Positions 31,736 to 40,555 of a stretch of DNA of 64,000 bases are shown one piece after another. Source of the stretch: an uncultured Rikenellaceae bacterium (lineage in GTDB: Bacteria; Bacteroidota; Bacteroidia; Bacteroidales; VadinHA17); contig CAYSBL010000001.1 of assembly GCA_964429295.1 (NCBI GenBank), forward strand, positions 178,528 through 242,527, written 5' to 3'. Made by a program: the position numbers and the translations under genes. The number at the start of each line of letters is the position of its first letter. Position 1 is the stretch's first letter. The notes below the pieces were generated by a model, which did not search any database, was not told where the DNA came from, and worked only from the letters and a program-made list of their open reading frames with translations.

Positions 31736-32377
31736 ATGGAAAAGGATTCCCTTTACCGGAACGAACGCAAAGAGGTTGCACGGTTCATGCGACGACTATA
31801 CAGGCAGGGCCTTACAACCACTTCGGGAGGGAACATCAGCTTAAAGATCAACCCTGATCTGCTTGCAATCACTCCTTCTGCTACTGACAAGGGAAGAATG
31901 AAATGGGAGGAAATCGGACTTATGACAATGGATGGGAAAAACCTGACTCCCAGCCTCAAGCCCTCTATTGAGCATGAGATGCACCTCTCAATCTACAGGA
32001 AAAAGAAAGAAATAACTGCCATTGTCCATGCACATCCTTTGTTTGCCTCTGCATTCACTGCCATGAAGGCTGCAATAGACACTAACCTGACTGCAGAGGC
32101 AAGAGCGGTGTGCGGAGAACCTTACCTTGTCCGCTATGCTCTGATGGGATCCGGAAAACTGGCATCCCTGGCCAGCGAAGGAATTCTGATATCAGAAATC
32201 CTGCTGCTTGAGAACCATGGAGTGCTTACAGCCGGCAATTCCATTCTGCAGGCTTTCGACAGGCTTGAAGTACTCGAAAACGCAGCCAGGATGACCTGGA
32301 TCGTTAATATTGCCGGAAATAAGAAATCTCTCGGGAAAGCAAGCATCAGGGAACTCGACAGGCTTTTCAGGCGGTAA
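31736..32377 (+). CDS. Class II aldolase/adducin-family protein (fuculose-P aldolase / ribulose-5-P epimerase / decarboxylase fold)
   Basis: 213 aa with TSGGNIS, metal-binding His contexts (IEHEMH, VHAHP) and LLENHGVLTAG. Confidence 0.75.
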   Translation: MEKDSLYRNERKEVARFMRRLYRQGLTTTSGGNISLKINPDLLAITPSATDKGRMKWEEIGLMTMDGKNLTPSLKPSIEHEMHLSIYRKKKEITAIVHAHPLFASAFTAMKAAIDTNLTAEARAVCGEPYLVRYALMGSGKLASLASEGILISEILLLENHGVLTAGNSILQAFDRLEVLENAARMTWIVNIAGNKKSLGKASIRELDRLFRR

Positions 32378-32400
32378 ATGTTCATAAACCGCCTGCTGTA

Positions 32401-33675
32401 TTGTTTTTTTGCTATAATAAACATATATCTGGTAAAGTGGTGAAATATTTTCTGGTCGACTATCCGGCCCCGGAAGAAATTCGGAAAAAGCTCTCAAATA
32501 ACCATCTTCCGCAATTCAGAGAGGCTAATGCGCATATCCATACTCCATACTCCTTCAGCTCCTTCCCCGACATGGAGACGATATTCTCAATGGCAAGAAG
32601 CGAAAGTATTGCCGTCCTGGGGATCAACGATTTCTATGTCGCCGACGGATTCAGCGAATTCATCAGCGGATCGCTCCGAAACAGGGTGTTCCCTCTCTTT
32701 AATATTGAATTCATGGGACTTCTGAAAGAGGAACAAAAAAAAGGTATCAGGATCAACGATCCAAATAATCCAGGAAGAATCTATTTCTGCGGAAAGGGAT
32801 TTGATTTTCCCTTCAACCCGGGATTCCTCAACAGGATGAAGCTGAAATCAGTTGTCAGGGAAAGCCAGAAGCAGATGAAGTCCATGATATCAAAGCTTAA
32901 CGGCATTACAGAACCTGTAAATCCTGCACTGACTCTTTCATATGATAATATTAAAGCCCGGCATGCACGCGACATGGTTCGTGAACGACACCTTGCCAAG
33001 GCTCTGCGAACCCTGGTAACGGAAAACTATCCCGACACGGTTGACCAGGCAACTATTCTCGAAAAGATTTACGGAGGGAAAAAATCAAGCGCCGATCCTG
33101 CCAATCCTGCCCTTCTTGAAAATGAAATACGCTCAAACCTTCTTAAAAGCGGAGGTGCTGCTTTCGTAAGAGAGGATGAGGATTCTTTCCTGGAACTTCC
33201 TTCAATTATGAAGATAATCCTCAAGGCAGGCGGTATACCTTGCTACCCTGTATTGCTCGATGATTCTGCGGGAAACTATACCGAATTTGAAAAAGACTGG
33301 GAAAAACTGTACAAATCATTGACAGACAAAAAGATTGCCTGCATCGAACTCATTCCGGGAAGAAACAGCCTGTCAGCCCTGAACGATTTTGTTCACTTCT
33401 TCCATGAAAAAAACTTTATTGTGACCTTCGGTACCGAACACAATACTCCGGATCTTTTGCCTCTTTCTGTGGCCGCAAAAGGAAAGGAGCAGCTTGGCAA
33501 CGATCTCAAGCAGATTGCGTGGGATGGGGTTTGCATCATCGCCGCGCATCAGTATCTCAGGGCTAAGGGAATGCAGGGCTATGTCCTGCCCGACGGGAAG
33601 CCGAGTTTCGACCAGAAAAGGGAACTTGCTTATCTCGGGAAACTTGTAATTGAATTTTTCCTCTCAAAAAACTGA
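32401..33675 (+). CDS. Hypothetical protein with a split PHP-like (polymerase/histidinol-phosphatase fold) signature
   Basis: N-terminal ANAHIHTPYSFSSF...LGINDFY and C-terminal TFGTEHNTP resemble PHP metal-binding motifs separated by a long insert. There is no in-frame ATG before residue ~57. The start is probably the GTG at 32437 or 32440 (VVKYFLVDY). Confidence 0.45.
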   Translation: MFFCYNKHISGKVVKYFLVDYPAPEEIRKKLSNNHLPQFREANAHIHTPYSFSSFPDMETIFSMARSESIAVLGINDFYVADGFSEFISGSLRNRVFPLFNIEFMGLLKEEQKKGIRINDPNNPGRIYFCGKGFDFPFNPGFLNRMKLKSVVRESQKQMKSMISKLNGITEPVNPALTLSYDNIKARHARDMVRERHLAKALRTLVTENYPDTVDQATILEKIYGGKKSSADPANPALLENEIRSNLLKSGGAAFVREDEDSFLELPSIMKIILKAGGIPCYPVLLDDSAGNYTEFEKDWEKLYKSLTDKKIACIELIPGRNSLSALNDFVHFFHEKNFIVTFGTEHNTPDLLPLSVAAKGKEQLGNDLKQIAWDGVCIIAAHQYLRAKGMQGYVLPDGKPSFDQKRELAYLGKLVIEFFLSKN

Positions 33676-33678
33676 TGC

Positions 33679-35652
33679 ATGAAACCGGAAATTGCTGAAC
33701 TCGTTGAAATATCAAGGTTTTACGGGAATAACAAAGAGTATGTTATCGCAGGGGGAGGAAATACTTCATTCAAAGACGAACAGACTATTTGGATCAAGGC
33801 AAGCGGACAACCCCTCTCAGCCCTGAGCGAAGAAGGGCTTGTGGCCCTTGACAGGGAAAAACTCCGCCTCATCTCGGAAAAAAAGTATTCAGAAGAATCG
33901 TCGGCCAGAGAGGAACAGGTAAAAACAGACCTTTTCGACTGCATAATAGACAAAGGCCAGAATAAAAGACCTTCTGTCGAAACTTCCCTTCACGACCTGA
34001 TCAGGTATAAATTTGTTGTCCATCTGCATCCTGCCCTTATAAACGGTATACTTTGCAGCAGAAATGCCAGAAATATTGTGATGCAGCTTTTCGGGGAAAA
34101 GGCTTTGTTTATACCCTATACTGATCCCGGTTATACACTCTTTAAGAAACTTGAATCGGAGATTGTTAAATACAGGGCTGCTTTCCAGTCTGATCCCCGG
34201 ATAATACTGCTTGAAAACCATGGATCGTTCGTAAGCGCCGATTCAACCGCTGAAGTGAAAAATATCTATGATGATATTTTATCAGCAATCACCGGACACG
34301 TGAAGGAAATCGCTGACAATGAAGAACTTCCCTTTAACCCCGTTCTTTTAAAAGCCCTGCCGGCCCTGAGGATGCTGCTTACGGAAGAAAAGCCCAGACT
34401 GATCAAATACCGCCACAACAGTCTGATAGCAAAATACTATCAGAACCAAACGGAGTTTCATAAGATTTCCCTTCCCCTGACTCCCGATATCATTGTCTAT
34501 TGTAAATCAAGATACCTTTTTATAGAGCAATCGTCAACAGCAGAAAAGATCCTTGAATCGGTAAGAACCCAGCTTCCGCGCTTTGTTAGTGAATACGGAT
34601 TCCTGCCGAAAGTCATTGTGATAAAAAACGCAGGTATTCTGGCTGTTGACGATTCCGTCGCCTCCGTAGATACCGTGCTTGACGTATATGAGGATATGAT
34701 TAAAGTCTGTTATTACTCTTCTCTCTGCGGAGGCACAAAAACCCTTACTCCCGATCAGACAGAATTCATCGACAAATGGGAGGTTGAAAACTACAGGAGA
34801 AAAGTGGCTGCAAGCGGAATCAAAAGCAGCAGAATGGATCAGAAAATTGCCATTGTGACAGGTGGAGCACAGGGATTCGGAGCAGGGATTGCTGAGGCTC
34901 TTTTTAAAATGAATGTAAACGTGGTGGTTGCCGACCTTAATGAAGAAAGCGGAAAAGCTTTCGTTGACGGGCTCAATTCCGGCGGTTATAAAAACATGGC
35001 AATTTTCATCCGGACAGATGTTTCCGATGCAGAATCCGTAAGGAACCTTGTCGAAACCACAGTCGGCGCTTTTGGGGGACTTGACCTGATGGTAAGCAAT
35101 GCAGGTGTTCTCAGAGCAGGAGGACTCGACGAAATGGATCCCGAAACTTTTGCAAAGACCACAAATATTAATTACAGCGGTTACTTCTATTGCGCAAAAT
35201 ATGCTTCAGAAATAATGAGGATCCAGAACCAGGAAAAGCCGGAGTACTTCTCCGACATTATACAGATAAATTCAAAATCAGGCCTCAGGGGAAGCAACAG
35301 AAACTTTGCATACGCAGGAACAAAATTCGGCGGAATAGGCCTCACCCAGTCTTTTGCCCTTGAACTGGCTCCCTTCAGGATAAAGGTTAATTCAATTTGC
35401 CCGGGCAACTTCTACGAGGGACCATTATGGTCCGATCCGCATAACGGGCTTTTTGTTCAATATCTTAGAACCGGGAAGGTTCCGGGCGCAAAAACCATTG
35501 AGGATGTAAAGAAGCATTACGAGGAGCAGGTTCCGCTTAAGCGTGGTTGCAGGCTCGAAGACGTGGTTAAGGCAATGCTTTACATCATTGATCAGGAATA
35601 TGAGACAGGGCAGGCAGTTCCGGTCACAGGCGGACAGGTAATGCTAAGTTAA
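33679..35652 (+). CDS. Bifunctional class II aldolase / short-chain dehydrogenase (RhaEW-type architecture)
   Basis: 657 aa. The N-terminal ~380 aa is aldolase-II-like (AGGGNTS, VVHLHP, LLENHGSF). The C-terminal ~270 aa is an SDR (VTGGAQGFGAGIA, NAG, YAGTK). Confidence 0.8.
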   Translation: MKPEIAELVEISRFYGNNKEYVIAGGGNTSFKDEQTIWIKASGQPLSALSEEGLVALDREKLRLISEKKYSEESSAREEQVKTDLFDCIIDKGQNKRPSVETSLHDLIRYKFVVHLHPALINGILCSRNARNIVMQLFGEKALFIPYTDPGYTLFKKLESEIVKYRAAFQSDPRIILLENHGSFVSADSTAEVKNIYDDILSAITGHVKEIADNEELPFNPVLLKALPALRMLLTEEKPRLIKYRHNSLIAKYYQNQTEFHKISLPLTPDIIVYCKSRYLFIEQSSTAEKILESVRTQLPRFVSEYGFLPKVIVIKNAGILAVDDSVASVDTVLDVYEDMIKVCYYSSLCGGTKTLTPDQTEFIDKWEVENYRRKVAASGIKSSRMDQKIAIVTGGAQGFGAGIAEALFKMNVNVVVADLNEESGKAFVDGLNSGGYKNMAIFIRTDVSDAESVRNLVETTVGAFGGLDLMVSNAGVLRAGGLDEMDPETFAKTTNINYSGYFYCAKYASEIMRIQNQEKPEYFSDIIQINSKSGLRGSNRNFAYAGTKFGGIGLTQSFALELAPFRIKVNSICPGNFYEGPLWSDPHNGLFVQYLRTGKVPGAKTIEDVKKHYEEQVPLKRGCRLEDVVKAMLYIIDQEYETGQAVPVTGGQVMLS

Positions 35653-35734
35653 TTTTGTCCCCAGTCATCAGGGTTTGAATCACCTGTGATGTCTTCAGGT
35701 CCCCCCGGGGAATTTAGGGGTAAAAACGAAAATC

Positions 35735-36997
35735 ATGAAAACCAAAGCAGTACGTATTTACGGAAAAAAAGACCTCAGACTCGAGGAGTTTGACCTTCCC
35801 CCGATGCAGGATGATGAAATCCTTGCGCAGGTTATCTCCGACAGTATTTGCATGTCGTCGCACAAGGCAGCTCTCCAGGGACCGGAACATAAAAGGGTAC
35901 CAGATGATATCGCAGTCAATCCCACTATGATAGGTCACGAGTTTTCTGGCGTTATCCTTGAAGTTGGAAGCAAATGGCAGCATAAATTCAGACCCGGACA
36001 AAAATTCTCAATTCAGCCTGCAATGGCCCATATGGGAACACTCGATGCTCCCGGCTACTCCTACAGGTACATCGGAGGCGACGCTACACATATCATAATT
36101 CCCGACATTGTGATGGAAGCCGACTGCCTCCTTCCCTATGACGGTGAAGCTTTTTATCCGGCATCACTTTCCGAACCTATGTCATGCATAGTAGGCGCCT
36201 TCAATGCAAGCTATCATGTTCCTCCGGGAACCTACAACCATATCATGGGAATAAAGGAAGGCGGGAACCTTGCTATACTTGCGGGTGTAGGTCCGATGGG
36301 ACTCGGAGCAATTGATTACGCCCTTCATCAGGACAAAAAGCCTGGACTGATGGTCGTTACCGACATTGACGACTCCAGGCTGGCAAGGGCTGCCTGCCTG
36401 TTTACCCCCGAAAAGGCTCTTGAGGATGGAGTTCGCCTTGTTTATGTGAATACAGCGAAAACTCCTGATCCCGTAAAACATCTGAGGGAACTGACAGCTC
36501 ACCAGGGCTTCGACGATGTTTTTGTCTTTGCCCCTGTCAGGCAGGTAGTTGAGCAGGGTGATGCGATACTCGGATTCGACGGATGCCTTAATTTCTTTGC
36601 AGGTCCTACAAATACCGAATTCAGGGCCGAACTTAACTTCTACAACGTGCATTATGCATTCACCCATCTGGTCGGAACATCTGGCGGCAACACCGACGAT
36701 ATGCGTGAATCACTCAGGCTGATGTCAGCAGGCAGGATAAATCCTGCAGTGATGATTACCCATGTCGGAGGCCTTGATGCAGTACCGGAGACTACTCTCA
36801 GCCTGCCGCAAATTCCAGGCGGAAAGAAACTGATCTATACCAACATATCGATGCCTCTTGTTTCGCTATACAAACTTGGCGAACTGGGAAAAACAGATCC
36901 TTTCTATGCCGGACTGCACCAGATTGTGGCCGCAAACGATTACATATGGAATCCTGAGGCTGAAAGATATATTCTTGAAAAAGGAAAACCGATCTGA
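35735..36997 (+). CDS. Zinc-dependent medium-chain dehydrogenase (sorbose-1-phosphate-reductase-like long MDR)
   Basis: 420 aa with GHEFSGVILEVG (catalytic Zn ligand context) and the nucleotide fold ILAGVGPMGLGAI. Confidence 0.7.
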   Translation: MKTKAVRIYGKKDLRLEEFDLPPMQDDEILAQVISDSICMSSHKAALQGPEHKRVPDDIAVNPTMIGHEFSGVILEVGSKWQHKFRPGQKFSIQPAMAHMGTLDAPGYSYRYIGGDATHIIIPDIVMEADCLLPYDGEAFYPASLSEPMSCIVGAFNASYHVPPGTYNHIMGIKEGGNLAILAGVGPMGLGAIDYALHQDKKPGLMVVTDIDDSRLARAACLFTPEKALEDGVRLVYVNTAKTPDPVKHLRELTAHQGFDDVFVFAPVRQVVEQGDAILGFDGCLNFFAGPTNTEFRAELNFYNVHYAFTHLVGTSGGNTDDMRESLRLMSAGRINPAVMITHVGGLDAVPETTLSLPQIPGGKKLIYTNISMPLVSLYKLGELGKTDPFYAGLHQIVAANDYIWNPEAERYILEKGKPI

Positions 36998-37058
36998 CCG
37001 GAATAATCCTGTCCTTCAGTATGGTTTAACATACTTATGAATCTGTCGGACCTGACTT

Positions 37059-37988
37059 CTATTCTATGTTTTTTCTGAATGCTTCAGCAAATTCCTTCGG
37101 GATATAGTTATCATAACTCATGCAGACTTCAGATGCAAAGTCAATTCCGGTATTTACAATCTCTTTCCACAGACTACCATTCACAGAGGGCAGCTGACCG
37201 GCATCAACCCTTTTGACAAACATGGCAGCCATCATGCCTGCATTGAAATTGTCGCCAGCACCAATTGTGCTCACAGGTGTTATTTTTCTGACAGGAAACT
37301 TACCGGTGAATCCTTCCGTCCTTACATAAACTCCTTCAGCATTGGCAGTGTAAACCAGGCATTTGCAATGGCCCCTCACTGACTCCCATGCTTCATCGGG
37401 AGTTGCTGCTCCGAAAATATTCAGAAAATCCTCATCCGAACCCCTTACCAGATTTGCCATCGACATATTTTCGACAATGAGAGGTTTCAGCCGGTCCAGC
37501 TCATGAAGGTGGGCACTCCTGAAATTCGGATCATATATTACCAGTGATCCGTTATTGTAAGCCTGACTGATGAATCCTTTGAATTTCTCCCTGATTTCGG
37601 CAGTGATCGAATATATCGAGCCGCAAAGTACAATATCATCTTTTCCGGCCGGAGGTAAAGCGATGTCAAGCCTTTTTGCCGGATACTTTTCATAGAAGGT
37701 GTATGCCGCATCATTCCTCTCATTCAGGAAGGCAAGTGCAAGCTTGGTCTTGCCCTCGGCATATTGATCGACATGGGATGTATCAACACCGTTTGAACGG
37801 AGGAAGGAATCGATAAGTCTGCCTACATCGTCATCTGCGTATTCACTGATGAAATGAACAGGAAGACCTGCCCTTCCCAACGATACCAGGCTGTTGAGCA
37901 TCGCTCCTCCCGGCTTTGCTGCCTGCGGCTGACCATTCTTGAAAATAATGTCGAGTACCGTCTCACCTACACCGAATATCTCACGCAT
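37059..37988 (-). CDS. PfkB-family carbohydrate kinase (fructokinase-like)
   Basis: 309 aa with the N-terminal GG motif (AKPGGAMLN), DPNFR and the C-terminal GAGDNFNAG signature. Confidence 0.8.
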   Translation of the reverse strand: MREIFGVGETVLDIIFKNGQPQAAKPGGAMLNSLVSLGRAGLPVHFISEYADDDVGRLIDSFLRSNGVDTSHVDQYAEGKTKLALAFLNERNDAAYTFYEKYPAKRLDIALPPAGKDDIVLCGSIYSITAEIREKFKGFISQAYNNGSLVIYDPNFRSAHLHELDRLKPLIVENMSMANLVRGSDEDFLNIFGAATPDEAWESVRGHCKCLVYTANAEGVYVRTEGFTGKFPVRKITPVSTIGAGDNFNAGMMAAMFVKRVDAGQLPSVNGSLWKEIVNTGIDFASEVCMSYDNYIPKEFAEAFRKNIE

Positions 37989-38092
37989 AATCTATGGTGG
38001 TTAAGCATTTACAATGAATTATTCACTTTGAGCCAGGTAGTGAATATACAAATAAAAAAACCATGTCAGATAAACATGCTCCCGTAATATTC

Positions 38093-38100
38093 TATATTTG
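38093..38100 (+). promoter_or_regulatory. Candidate -7 promoter box (TATATTTG) for the sorbitol-dehydrogenase-like gene
   Basis: TAnnTTTG match 23 nt upstream of the ATG at 38123. A 7-bp inverted repeat, ATTCACT (38021-38027) and AGTGAAT (38039-38045), lies just upstream. Confidence 0.35.
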
Positions 38101-38122
38101 AAGAAACAAATCATAGCGGAAT

Positions 38123-39157
38123 ATGAAAGCAATGATGCTCACCGGTATCCGGCAGATGGACATGCGTGAGGTCCCTGATCCGGTTCTCACCGATTCCCAT
38201 GATGTTAAGATCAGACTGCTTGTTCTTGGAATATGCGGATCGGATATCCACTATTACGTGTCAGGCAGGATAGGATCGCAGGTAGTCACTTATCCGTTTA
38301 CGGTCGGGCACGAAAGCGCCGGAGTGGTTGTTGAAACCGGACCCGCCGTCACCAGGGTGAAGGAAGGCGATATCATTGCCGTTGAACCCGCAATGTGGTG
38401 CGGAACCTGCGACCAGTGCCTGGCCGGAAGACATCATACCTGCCGGCGGCTGAAATTCCTCGGATGCCCCGGACAGGCTGAAGGTGCTCTTTCAGAATAT
38501 ATTGTCATGCCCGAAAACAGCTGCTTTCCGCTGCCTGCAAACCTGAATCCCGATCATGGTGCTATCTCCGAGCCTCTTTCAATCGGGGTTTACTCAGTGA
38601 AAAAAGCAGGAGATATAACAAATTCAGATATTGCCATCCTTGGTTATGGCCCCATAGGGATGAGTGTCATGCTGGCGGCAAAAGCAAATGGTGCAGCATC
38701 AGTAAGCGTAACTGATAAGATCGGAAGCAGGCTTGCCATTGCAGAAAAGGAAAAAGCCTCCTGGACAGGCAATCCTTTAAACAATGACATCCTAAAGGAA
38801 ATATCACATATCAGGCCTTCAGGTCTCGATGTTGTGTTTGAATGTTGCGGCCAGCAGGAAGCCGTCGATCAGGCTGTTGAAATCCTTAAACCTGGCGGAC
38901 GCCTGGTAATAGTGGGGATTCCTGAATTCGACAAGTGGACACTTGACGTCGATAAAACAAGGCGCAAGGAAATATCCATCCAGTTCATCAGGAGACAGCT
39001 GAACTGCGTTGACGATTCAATCCGCATGATGTCAGGTGGTATAATAGATGTAAGCAATATGATTACCCACCGATTCCCCTTTGAAAGGACAAAGGAGGCC
39101 TTCGATCTTGTGGACGGATATCACGACGGTGTAATGAAGGCTATGATAGATTTTTGA
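38123..39157 (+). CDS. Zn-dependent polyol dehydrogenase (sorbitol / 2,3-butanediol / threonine dehydrogenase-like MDR)
   Basis: GICGSDIHYY, GHESAGVVVETG, a structural-Zn Cys cluster (CGTCDQCLAGRHHTC) and the GYGPIG nucleotide fold. Confidence 0.85.
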   Translation: MKAMMLTGIRQMDMREVPDPVLTDSHDVKIRLLVLGICGSDIHYYVSGRIGSQVVTYPFTVGHESAGVVVETGPAVTRVKEGDIIAVEPAMWCGTCDQCLAGRHHTCRRLKFLGCPGQAEGALSEYIVMPENSCFPLPANLNPDHGAISEPLSIGVYSVKKAGDITNSDIAILGYGPIGMSVMLAAKANGAASVSVTDKIGSRLAIAEKEKASWTGNPLNNDILKEISHIRPSGLDVVFECCGQQEAVDQAVEILKPGGRLVIVGIPEFDKWTLDVDKTRRKEISIQFIRRQLNCVDDSIRMMSGGIIDVSNMITHRFPFERTKEAFDLVDGYHDGVMKAMIDF

Positions 39158-39203
39158 GGCCGTCACATTCCTGCATTGAACTTTTATTCAGAAGTGTGCC
39201 GAA

Positions 39204-39217
39204 CCCCCTTTAGGGGG
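39204..39217. other. G/C hairpin CCCCC-TTTA-GGGGG between convergent genes, overlapping the GH88 stop codon
   Basis: 5-bp GC stem with a 4-nt loop, followed by a second GGGGG run. The last codons of GH88 (LPPAP-stop) are encoded by this element. There is no flanking U-run. Confidence 0.35.
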
Positions 39218-40406
39218 CAGGGGGTAACATGCCTTTGAACCTCATCATCGCTTCTATGAAATAGTAATCACCGTATGTCAGCGGTACATCAACCTCGCTG
39301 TTTCCCGGCAAATGCCCCACCCCGTGCTTCAGTATGAAATTACCATTCTCCCCTTCCCCTGCCCTGTATTCAGGTGACGAAAGGGTTCTGATCTGTTTTT
39401 CTGCAACTGCAAGATACTCTGCTGACTTTCCTGCTTCAGCATACCGGCTGAGTTCAATAAGAGCCGAAGCCATGATGGCCCCGGCCGAAGCATCTCTCTT
39501 TGCCTCCGGAATACCGGGAGCATTGAAATCCCAGTAAGGAATTCCGTCGGCCGGAAAATTCGGATGACCTATAAGGAAATCGGCAATCTTCACAGCCTGG
39601 TCAAGATATCTTTCCAGGCCTGTTTCCCTGTACATTACAGTGTATCCATACAAGCCCCAGACCTGTCCGCGCGCCCATGCCGACTCATCAGCCGCACCCT
39701 GATGCGTCTGCCTGGCCTCCACCTTTCCTGAAATCGTATCATACGAAACAACATGGTATGAGCTGTTGTCTGTCCTGAAATGGTTCTTTATGGTGGTGTC
39801 CGAATGAGTCACAGCAATCCTGTAGAAGGAGGAATCGCCTGAATGGTTGAATGCCCATAGCAGCAGTTCAAGGTTCATCATATTGTCGATAATAACCGGA
39901 CATTGCCAGCCTTGCCGGCTTCCCCACGACTGAATGCAGCCGATATTCGGTCTGAACCGGGTGCTTAGGGACCTGGCACCGGTCATAAGTACTTCATTGT
40001 AGCTCTCCTCTCCGGTCAGCCGCAATCCGTTCCCGAAACTGCAGAACAACATGAAACCCAAATCGTGAGTGCCCTTGTTGTACTTCTCATTTTCGATTCT
40101 TGCAGTCATTTCGGTTGCAGCAACCTTGAACTTCTCATCCCCGGTATATTCATACAGATACCACAAACTCCCGGGGAAAAATCCGCTTGTCCACCAACCC
40201 GGCCCGGCGGTAACAAATTCACCCTTCTCGTTCAGCGTTCTGGGCAGCTGACCGGGCTTTTCCTTCATCACATCATTCATAAGTAAATACTGCTGAGCCG
40301 AAAAGACAAGCGATTCATCAATCACTTTTCCGATTGGTTTTTCCTTTGCACACGAGTAAAGTATAACCGAAATAACCATTCCGGCAGTGATAAGTCTCAT
40401 TTTCAT
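39210..40406 (-). CDS. Glycoside hydrolase family 88 (unsaturated glucuronyl/galacturonyl hydrolase) lipoprotein
   Basis: 398 aa with a lipoprotein signal (GMVISVILYSC). It has the alpha/alpha-barrel motifs typical of GH88 (WWTSGFFPGSLWYLY, HDLGFM, GLYGY). Confidence 0.8.
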   Translation of the reverse strand: MKMRLITAGMVISVILYSCAKEKPIGKVIDESLVFSAQQYLLMNDVMKEKPGQLPRTLNEKGEFVTAGPGWWTSGFFPGSLWYLYEYTGDEKFKVAATEMTARIENEKYNKGTHDLGFMLFCSFGNGLRLTGEESYNEVLMTGARSLSTRFRPNIGCIQSWGSRQGWQCPVIIDNMMNLELLLWAFNHSGDSSFYRIAVTHSDTTIKNHFRTDNSSYHVVSYDTISGKVEARQTHQGAADESAWARGQVWGLYGYTVMYRETGLERYLDQAVKIADFLIGHPNFPADGIPYWDFNAPGIPEAKRDASAGAIMASALIELSRYAEAGKSAEYLAVAEKQIRTLSSPEYRAGEGENGNFILKHGVGHLPGNSEVDVPLTYGDYYFIEAMMRFKGMLPPAP

Positions 40407-40555
40407 ATCGTATCAGGTTTATTGTTTATCGGTTAATAACAGTTTCAGCAGGCAAAATATACGAATTTTCCTTCCATTCAAAATACCGTACATCCAATAT
40501 TTACATTGAAATCGAAATTTGCTACTTTTAGCTGAACTTTAAAACCTGCCCGCCC

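Noticed and set aside
26196-39157. Interpreting the island as a standard L-rhamnose (RhaEW) utilisation locus
   Set aside because: Only the aldolase/SDR fusion architecture fits. No rhamnose isomerase, rhamnulokinase (FGGY), mutarotase or rhamnose transporter is present. The presence of E1/E2 is not part of any rhamnose pathway I know.
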